A stretch of DNA of 64,000 nt from Candidatus Multivoradales bacterium (GTDB lineage Bacteria; Acidobacteriota; Thermoanaerobaculia; Multivoradales; Multivoraceae): the NCBI GenBank assembly GCA_965223325.1, contig CBDCWI010000001.1, positions 544,001 to 608,000 on the forward strand, given 5' to 3'. This document shows, in pieces, positions 38,400 to 45,846 of the stretch. Below the pieces are notes generated by a model that saw only the letters and a list, made by a program, of their open reading frames with translations, was not told the DNA's origin and did not search any database. Numbering within the stretch: position 1 is the stretch's first letter; the number at the start of each line of letters is the position of its first letter. The translations under genes were made by a program, and so were the position numbers.

Positions 38400-39032
38400 A
38401 TGCCGGAGATCAAGCTCTACGAACTGGGGCCGACGCGGTCTGCGCGCTGTCGGTGGGCGCTGCTCGAGGCTGGTCTCGAGTTCGAATCACTTGGGAACAC
38501 TCCCGGCATCATCGGAAGTGATGAGCTCAAGCAGGTGCATCCGCTTGGCAAGTTGCCGGCGGCGATCGTTGACGGGCGACCGCTGTTCGAATCCGCTGCG
38601 ATCGCCACCGCGGTTGCTGATCTGGTTCCGAAAAGGCAACTGGTCGCCGCTCCGGGGACCTGGGCACGTGCCCTTCACGACCAATGGGTGCTGTTTGCCT
38701 TGACCGAGATGGAGTCTTGGGTCTGGACGTCTGAACTCAACACGACGGACTTCGTGATGGCGAAAGAGCATCACGTTCCCGACATCATCCCGCAATGCGA
38801 GATGATGTACCGCCGCGGCGCAGCGGTCCTCGACGCTGTTCTTGCGGAGACGCCGTTTCTGATCGATGGCCGATTCAGTGTCACCGACATCATCGTTGGA
38901 TACACCGTCAGCTTCGGACAGGAGCTCGGATGGACGGACGAGTGCCCCAACCTCCTGGCCTACCTCCACCGGTTGCTAGCACGCGAGCACTGCACCCTCG
39001 TCCTTCACGACCCTGCCGATCGGAAACACTAG
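38400..39032 (+). CDS. Glutathione S-transferase
   Basis: From ATG 38400: IKLY...PTRS.R.RWAL.E, HPLGKLP, LFESAAI, FL..GRFSVTDI..G, PNL.AY..RL..R. Confidence 0.9.
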   Translation: MPEIKLYELGPTRSARCRWALLEAGLEFESLGNTPGIIGSDELKQVHPLGKLPAAIVDGRPLFESAAIATAVADLVPKRQLVAAPGTWARALHDQWVLFALTEMESWVWTSELNTTDFVMAKEHHVPDIIPQCEMMYRRGAAVLDAVLAETPFLIDGRFSVTDIIVGYTVSFGQELGWTDECPNLLAYLHRLLAREHCTLVLHDPADRKH

Positions 39033-39059
39033 CTGGGACCTGACCGGCAAAAGATCACC

Positions 39060-39785
39060 TCCATCGAAGCCAAGGTCCGCCGCGCGCGACGGATCGAGGT
39101 AGCCCCAAAACGCATCGTCAGGGCCGAGCACCTGCCGCGGGCGGCCCGCGCATCGGACCGCTTGCGCGGCCCTGGGTGACACTAGCGCGCCCCGTGGTAA
39201 ACGTCCTGGAGAGATCGAAAGGTCGCTCAACCGACGGTATCGCAAACCGAAACAAGGCCCGCCACACAGAGGCCGAAAACCAAAACAGGGCGAGAGCAAC
39301 CGTTCCATCGAAGCCAAGGTCCGCCGCGCGCGACGGATCGAGGTAGCCCCAAAACGCATCGTCAGGGCCGAGCACCTGCCGCGGGCGGCCCGCGCATCGG
39401 ACCGCTTGCGCGGCCCTGGGTGACACTAGCGCGCCCCGTGGTAAACGTCCTGGAGAGATTGAAAGGTCGCTCAACCGATGGTATCGCAAACCGAAACAAC
39501 GGCCCGCCACACAGAGGCCGAAAACCGAAACAGGGCGAGAGCAACCGTTCCATCGAAGCCAAGGTCCGCCGCGCGCGACGGATCGAGGTAGCCCCAAAAC
39601 GCATCGTCAGGGCCGAGCACATGCCGCGGGCGGCCCGCGCATCGGACCGCTTGCGCGGCCCTGGGTGACACTAGCGCGCCCCGTGGCAAACGTCCTGGAG
39701 AGATTGAAAGGTCGCTCAACCGACGGTATCGCCAACCGAAACAACGGCCCGCCACACAGAGGCCGAAAACCACGGGGCGCGCTAG
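39060..39785. repeat. Non-coding tandem array of about 2.9 copies of a 244/245-bp unit, closed by an inverted 17-bp motif
   Basis: Copies start at 39060, 39304 and 39549 with only a few differences (4 between copies 1 and 2). The period is not a multiple of 3. ACCACGGGGCGCGCTAG at 39769-39785 is the reverse complement of the internal CTAGCGCGCCCCGTGGT. Confidence 0.95.
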
Positions 39786-40363
39786 AACTTCATTCCAAGG
39801 CCGACCGACATGCGGTTGCCGCTGGTGTAGCTCGCGCCTGGCGACGGGCGAAAGAAGACGCGCTCGAGGTCGGCGACCAGACCGAACTTCGAGCGCAGGG
39901 CTTCTACCGAAACTCCTACGCCCCAGGTTTCGTTCTCGGTCGAATCCGGTGCATTGACGTTCAACAACAGGTTGATGTCAGGACGGACCGCATAGCCAAC
40001 GCGCACGGTGCCGAAGAAGCCGTCTTTCGACCACGACTCCGTTTCCTGGCGGACGTAGTTGCCGCGGAAGCCGTACAGAAAGCCACCGCGCTCGCGCCGG
40101 TACTCGAGGCTCGAACCCCAGAACAGCGCAGACTTGCCGCTGACCTTCTGACCCTGAGTCGCAACCGTGCAGACGATGAATCGACCGCTCCGAGCGCGGC
40201 CCTCGATTCCCATGTTGGCGCCATCGACACCGAGGCCGCTCGAGGTTCCGATGCGTCCGAAGACGTGGAAGTCTGCGGCGGAGGCGCTGGTCGCTGAGAC
40301 GAAGGCCCCAGCAATCACGCAGGCGAGGACGAGCAACACGAACGGGCGCAAAGTGGGCGACAT
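39782..40363 (-). CDS. Putative small outer-membrane beta-barrel protein
   Basis: ATG 40363 after GGAGG. Signal peptide ending ASA-A, amphipathic beta strands, C-terminal VGLGMKF. Confidence 0.7.
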   Translation of the reverse strand: MSPTLRPFVLLVLACVIAGAFVSATSASAADFHVFGRIGTSSGLGVDGANMGIEGRARSGRFIVCTVATQGQKVSGKSALFWGSSLEYRRERGGFLYGFRGNYVRQETESWSKDGFFGTVRVGYAVRPDINLLLNVNAPDSTENETWGVGVSVEALRSKFGLVADLERVFFRPSPGASYTSGNRMSVGLGMKF

Positions 40364-40537
40364 GGGCGGTGAGCCTCCCTGAACCGCGAACTGCGGTTCC
40401 TCCGAAAGCGCATCAGGAAATGCAAAGGGCAGAAAGAGTCTTTGTACTCTGTTGCCTCGCCGCCCGAAAGGCAAACAGTTATCCATTAATAATCAGCAAA
40501 CTATTTCTATTGCGATTCACAATGAATTTTTATGCCA

Positions 40538-43186
40538 CTAAACCAGCGAATACTCTTCCTTCCTCGAACTCAGCCTGAGAAGAGCGGCCTTGGCTGCCCG
40601 CTCGATATGGTCCGCTGACACCTCGAAATGGTCGCGGATTTCAGGACGCGCCTCGGAAAGGCCGAAGCCGTCGGTCCCGAGCGTCACCATCGGGCCTGGC
40701 ACCCAGCGCGCTACCGCATCGGGCAGCAACCGCTGGTAGTCCGACACGGCCACGAAGGCCGGCCCCGCTCCCTCGAGGACGCGAGTCACCAGCGGCTTCT
40801 GCGGCCGACGCTCGGGGTGCAATCGATTCTCGCGCTCGACGACCGCCGCCTCACGTTGCAACGCCACCCACGAAGGCACGCTCCAGACGTCGGCGGCAAT
40901 GCCCTGCTCCGCGAGCGACGCGGCGGCGGCGATCGCCTGAAAGAGAATCGCTCCGCTTCCCAGAAGTGAAACTCGCGGCGCCTTCTTCGGCAAGTCGGGC
41001 GCCGCCTGGAAACGATAGATACCGCGCACGACACCGTCTTCGACGCTTTCGAGTGCCCTCGAACCTGGATTGTCCGGCGTCGCCGGCATGACGTGGTTCT
41101 CGTTGGTGATCGTCAGGTAATAGAACACGTCCTCTTGTCGGTCGAGCATGCGCTCGAGGCCATGGCGCACGATGATCGCCAACTCGTATGCGAACGCCGG
41201 GTCGTAACTCTCGAGCGTTGGAACGGTTGCCGCCACCAGATGGGAGTGCCCGTCCTGGTGCTGCACGCCTTCTCCGTTCAGCGTCGTGCGACCCGACGTT
41301 CCGCCGAGCAGGAAGCCGCGCACCATCTGGTCGGCGGCCGCCCAGATCTGGTCGCCAACCCGCTGGAAGCCAAACATCGAGTAGAAGACGTAGAAGGGAA
41401 TGGTTGGAATGCCGTGGTTCGCGTAGGCCGTACCAGCTGCCACAAACGACGCCATCGCGCCGGCCTCGCAGATTCCCTCCTGCAGAATCTGGCCGTCGGC
41501 ACTCTCCCGATACGGGATGATCGAGTCAGCATCAACCGGCCGGTACAGCTGACCGTGCGGCGAGTAGATTCCGGCCTGACGAAACAGACCGTCCATACCG
41601 AACGTTCGCGCCTCGTCCGGAACGATCGGCACCACATAGCGCCCGAGGACTGGGTCACGCATGAGTTTGGCAAGCATGCGCACCATCGCCATGGTGGTCG
41701 AGATCTTGCGCTTGCCGGACCCCTGGAGCAGGTCGGCGAACGCCGCCAGAGCCGGAACCTCGACCCGCGGACACTGCGCATCGCGAGCCGGCAGAAACCC
41801 ACCGAGCGCCCTACGACGTTCGCGCATGAACGTGACCTCTGGACTGTCCTCGGGCGGAATGTAGAGCTCCGCCTCCTCGATCTGCTTCTCGGACAGGGAG
41901 ATTCCAAACCTACGCGCGGCCTCGGCGCGCTCTTCGCTGTTCATGTTCTTCTTCTGGTGGGCCTGGTTGCTACCCTCAGCGCCCATGCCGAGACCGTAAC
42001 CCTTGATCGTCTTGGCGAGAATCACCGTTGGCCGCCCGTTGTTCGAATCAACCGCGCGACGGTAGGCGGCGTGGATCTTCTGACGGTCGTGGCCACCGCG
42101 CTTGATCGAACGAATGCTCTCATCGGAGAGCGTCTTCATGATCTCCGCTAGTTTCGGATCGTCACGCACCCAATGGGCGCGCACCTCATCGCCGCGAAGT
42201 TGCGAGTACATCTGGTAGTCGCCGTCGACTGCCTCCTCCATCCGCGCTTGCAGCACACCTTCGCGATCACGTGCAAAGAGTGCGTCCCATTCGGATCCCC
42301 AGATCACCTTGATGACGTTCCATCCGGCGCCGCGAAACCACCGCTCGTGCTCCTGGATGACCTTCGAGTTGCCGCGTACCGGCCCGTCGAGCCGCTGCAA
42401 GTTGCAGTTGACGACCAGAATCAAGTTGTCGAGCTTCTCACGCGCCGCAATCGCTGCAGTGCCGAGGACTTCGGGCTCGTCTGCCTCCCCATCTCCAATG
42501 AAGCACCAGACCTTGCCGCTCGACTCTGGCTTGAGACCACGGTTCTCGAGGTAGCGCGCAAACCGTGCGAGGTAGATCGCCGTCACCGTCGACAGCCCCA
42601 TCGACGCCGAGGGCACCTGCCAAAACTCCGGTAGGCGACGCGGATGCGGGTACGACGGCAGCCCGCCCCCCTCTGCCAACTCGCGCCTGAAGTTCAGCAC
42701 CCGCTCCTTGGACAACCGACCTTCGAGCAGCGCCCGGGCGTAGACTCCCGGCGAAGCGTGCGCCTGGAAGAGCACCAGATCGCCGCCCGGATCTCGGGTC
42801 GGCGCGTGAAAGAAGTGGTTGAACCCGACTTCGAACAACGTTGCGGTGGACGCATAGGTCGCAATATGGCCGCCGACGCCCGAGCCGTTGTCGTTGGCGC
42901 GCAACACCATCGCCAGGGCGTTCCAGCGCACCAGGTTCTCGACCCGGCGCTCCATCTCGATGTCGCCAGGGTAGGGCGGCTGCTCCTCGACCGAGATGGT
43001 GTTGCGGTATGGGGTGTTGCGAGTCGACGACGGAAGCGGCACGCCGCTTCTCGAGGCACGCGCATCGAGCTCCTCGAGCAGCTCCCGCGCCCGCCCCGCA
43101 CCATGGCGATCCACCACCGCCTCGAGCGCTTCGAGCCATTCGTCGCGCTCCTCACGCCAGTCGTCTGCCTGCGCTTCCCGGTTCAC
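40538..43186 (-). CDS. aceE: Pyruvate/2-oxoacid dehydrogenase E1, homodimeric AceE type
   Basis: E..EWL, TPY.NTI, RWNA.AMV.RAN, GGHIATYAS, SYPHP, GDGE.DEPE (TPP), NCNLQRLDGPVRGN, DEARTFGM, GRTTLNGEG.QH.DG. GTG 43186 after GGGAG. Confidence 0.93.
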   Translation of the reverse strand: MNREAQADDWREERDEWLEALEAVVDRHGAGRARELLEELDARASRSGVPLPSSTRNTPYRNTISVEEQPPYPGDIEMERRVENLVRWNALAMVLRANDNGSGVGGHIATYASTATLFEVGFNHFFHAPTRDPGGDLVLFQAHASPGVYARALLEGRLSKERVLNFRRELAEGGGLPSYPHPRRLPEFWQVPSASMGLSTVTAIYLARFARYLENRGLKPESSGKVWCFIGDGEADEPEVLGTAAIAAREKLDNLILVVNCNLQRLDGPVRGNSKVIQEHERWFRGAGWNVIKVIWGSEWDALFARDREGVLQARMEEAVDGDYQMYSQLRGDEVRAHWVRDDPKLAEIMKTLSDESIRSIKRGGHDRQKIHAAYRRAVDSNNGRPTVILAKTIKGYGLGMGAEGSNQAHQKKNMNSEERAEAARRFGISLSEKQIEEAELYIPPEDSPEVTFMRERRRALGGFLPARDAQCPRVEVPALAAFADLLQGSGKRKISTTMAMVRMLAKLMRDPVLGRYVVPIVPDEARTFGMDGLFRQAGIYSPHGQLYRPVDADSIIPYRESADGQILQEGICEAGAMASFVAAGTAYANHGIPTIPFYVFYSMFGFQRVGDQIWAAADQMVRGFLLGGTSGRTTLNGEGVQHQDGHSHLVAATVPTLESYDPAFAYELAIIVRHGLERMLDRQEDVFYYLTITNENHVMPATPDNPGSRALESVEDGVVRGIYRFQAAPDLPKKAPRVSLLGSGAILFQAIAAAASLAEQGIAADVWSVPSWVALQREAAVVERENRLHPERRPQKPLVTRVLEGAGPAFVAVSDYQRLLPDAVARWVPGPMVTLGTDGFGLSEARPEIRDHFEVSADHIERAAKAALLRLSSRKEEYSLV

Positions 43187-43219
43187 AACAACTCCCTGAC
43201 TCGGACCGGACAACGCCGG

Positions 43220-44773
43220 TCACTCAGGCGCCGGCCCCGGAAACTGCTCACGTAGGATGCGTTTGAGAATCTTGCCCGATGGATTGCGCGGAATCTCGTC
43301 GACGAAGTACACATTGCGCGGCAGTTTGAAACGCGCCAGCTTGTCGTTACAGAACTCGCGGACCTCGTCTTCGTCGAGGCTTGGATCAGCCTTGACGACA
43401 ATCGCCGCACAGGACTCTCCCCACTTATCGCTCGGCTGGCCGATCACCCCAGCCTCGGCGATCTTCGGGTGGCCCATCAGCACGTTTTCGACCTCGGCGG
43501 GATAGACGTTCTCGCCACCCGAAATCACCATGTCCTTGATGCGGTCTTGAATGTAGACGAAGCCCTCTTCATCCATCACCGCGATGTCACCCGACATGAA
43601 CCAGTCACCCTTCATGCACTCAGCGGTCGCTTCGGGGCGGTTCCAGTACTCGCGCATGATGTGCTTGCCGCGGATCGCAACCTCGCCAGCCTCCCCAGGC
43701 GCTCTGTCGTTGCCGTCCTCGTCGACAATGCGCACATCGGTGTGGAAAAACGCCTTGCCCGTCGATCCGGCGCAGCGCACGGCGTCGGCCGAGCCAATCA
43801 CGCACGCCGGACCGCAGGTCTCGGTCAAACCGTAGACCTGCTGGATCTCGATGCCCATGTCGGCATAGGCCTCGATCAGCGGGACAGGGACCGGAGCGGC
43901 CCCGCTCATCAGCCAGCGCACCTGCTCGTGCTTGCACTCAGCCGGGTCGTAGACCTGCTTCATGAAGTTCAACATCGCGGGCACCTTGAGGCCGGTGGTG
44001 ATCTGCTCGTCGGCGATCAGCTTCCAGGCACGTTGCGGGTCGAAGGTCCGCATGACGACCGAAGTGACCCCGGCATGAATGTTCGAGGTGATCGGAGTCA
44101 GAGCGCCAACATGAAAGAGCGGCAGCGCAACCAGGTAGCGGTCGCCGATGCGTGCGTCGACGGTCGCATTGATAGTGAGCACGCCCCAGGTCGCCGTTTC
44201 GTGCGTATGCACCGCGCCTTTGGGCAACCCCGTCGTGCCGGAGGTGTACATGATGTAGAGCACGTCGTCGTCACCAGCCTCGACTGCCGGCTCCTCGTCC
44301 GATCCCGACTGCGACAGCTCGGCGTAAGACAATGCGAACCCCGGCCGTGCGCTATCCGGCCCGATATGAATCCAGTGCTCGATCGCAGTGCCCTCTTCGC
44401 CACCGCCGCGCTGCTCGAGCGCCTCGGCGCTGGCCAGGAACTCATCGCCGAAGACCAGCGCTCTCGCCCCCGCGTCGCGCAAGATGAACGCCAACTCTTC
44501 GGGAGTCAGGCGCCAGTTCAAGGGCACGAAGACTGCGCCCAGTTTGGCGATGGCTAGAAACGTCTCGACGTACTCGATCGAGTTCATCTGCAGAACGGCG
44601 ACTCGGTCACCCTTGCCAACCCCGAGGCCAGCGAACGCATGCACCATGCGGTTGGTGCGTTGATTCCACTCACTGAACGTAAAGCGCCGATCGGTATCAG
44701 CGTCAACGAAGCCATCCAGATCCGGCGAAAGACTCGCTCGCTTGGTGAGAAACAGTCCGATGTTGTTCTTCAT
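43220..44773 (-). CDS. Long-chain acyl-CoA synthetase (FadD13-like)
   Basis: From ATG 44773: MKNNIG.FL..RA..SP, IMYTSGTTGLPKGAVHTH, YGLTET, SGD, DR.KDM.ISGGENVYPAEVE, PRNPSGKILK. Confidence 0.92.
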   Translation of the reverse strand: MKNNIGLFLTKRASLSPDLDGFVDADTDRRFTFSEWNQRTNRMVHAFAGLGVGKGDRVAVLQMNSIEYVETFLAIAKLGAVFVPLNWRLTPEELAFILRDAGARALVFGDEFLASAEALEQRGGGEEGTAIEHWIHIGPDSARPGFALSYAELSQSGSDEEPAVEAGDDDVLYIMYTSGTTGLPKGAVHTHETATWGVLTINATVDARIGDRYLVALPLFHVGALTPITSNIHAGVTSVVMRTFDPQRAWKLIADEQITTGLKVPAMLNFMKQVYDPAECKHEQVRWLMSGAAPVPVPLIEAYADMGIEIQQVYGLTETCGPACVIGSADAVRCAGSTGKAFFHTDVRIVDEDGNDRAPGEAGEVAIRGKHIMREYWNRPEATAECMKGDWFMSGDIAVMDEEGFVYIQDRIKDMVISGGENVYPAEVENVLMGHPKIAEAGVIGQPSDKWGESCAAIVVKADPSLDEDEVREFCNDKLARFKLPRNVYFVDEIPRNPSGKILKRILREQFPGPAPE

Positions 44774-44970
44774 GGTCCGCCGATCATAGCGAGGTGCCAG
44801 GCCGTCACCATCAGGGGACGACTTGTCGTGGCGATGGGCCGAGAATCGGCGGGCCAACCGCCCGAAACTCCACCCAGGGGCCAGTGGGACGGGATCTGTT
44901 GCCACCTGGCACGAGCTTTGATGAAGCACCCCTCTGGAGGGATCACCCGACGACCCACGAGGAGGTCATC

Positions 44971-45609
44971 ATGCACCCGAAGCCACCGAACGAGAACCAG
45001 CACCGAAGCACGAGATCTGGGCAAGCCCGGCGCTCGAGCACTCCGGCAAGCCGTCCCTACCGTTCACGATCAGAGCGCCCGCGGCGCTCGGCGCTAGTCG
45101 TTGGACTGGCCGTTCTGATGGTCGCGCCCCTGGTTGTGGGCGGTAGCCCCGCCGCCGCCGCCGATTGGTTCTGGGGCAGCAGCTTCCGGATTGGCGGGCT
45201 CACCTTCACCATCGGGCATCGGCCGCACCTCCACGGGCACGGTCACTTCTACCGCACCGGCTATGCGGTGCCGTCGAGGCAGCGGTGCACAGATCGCTGC
45301 TTCGTCCAGCGCCGTGCCCACTACCACCACGAGTCCTGCCCGGTGGTGCGCGGATGGTTCCATCGGCACGGGTATTCGAGCTACGACGTGTTCAACCGCT
45401 ACCGCCCCTACTCCAGCACGCGCTACGACCGCCACGACCGCTACGACCGATACAACAACTACGACGGTTACGGCAGATGGAGCGACTACGACTGGCGCGA
45501 CCGACGACAGCGCGACCGCTACGATCGGCACCATCGTCGGCCGCGACGCGAGTGGTACCGCGCCCATCGTCACTACCATGTCGACGGCCGCTGCCCCATC
45601 CGCTACTGA
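44971..45609 (+). CDS. Secreted His/Tyr/Arg/Asp-rich hypothetical protein
   Basis: GGAGG RBS, hydrophobic signal ending AAA-A, four Cys, RYDR-type repeats. Confidence 0.7.
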   Translation: MHPKPPNENQHRSTRSGQARRSSTPASRPYRSRSERPRRSALVVGLAVLMVAPLVVGGSPAAAADWFWGSSFRIGGLTFTIGHRPHLHGHGHFYRTGYAVPSRQRCTDRCFVQRRAHYHHESCPVVRGWFHRHGYSSYDVFNRYRPYSSTRYDRHDRYDRYNNYDGYGRWSDYDWRDRRQRDRYDRHHRRPRREWYRAHRHYHVDGRCPIRY

Positions 45610-45846
45610 GAGTCCCGGCAGAAACCGCACGGCAACAACAAACCATCACGAGACCCCGCATCCGCACGTCGGCTGCGGGCTCTTGAACGCTTACCGAACC
45701 CCTACAAACGACCTCCGGTGGAACCGATAAGCTCGTCGCTCGTTCTCGACAAGGGGCTAGGCAGTGCGGAGCTGGTGTCGGCCTTTCGCGCGCTCTGAGA
45801 GCCCTCAAGTCACCCAGCTCGACTAGAACCCAGGACTTCGATCGCC

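Noticed and set aside
39060-39785. CRISPR or guide-RNA array, or protein-coding repeat (ORFs 38976-39359, 39118-39597 and others)
   Set aside because: The units are near-identical along their whole length with no spacers and no cas genes. The 244/245-bp period shifts frame and the ORFs look spurious.
44774-44970. Second FabR site upstream of the FadD13-like gene
   Set aside because: Only a short TGCCA-CC-TGGCA palindrome is present and it does not resemble the operator.
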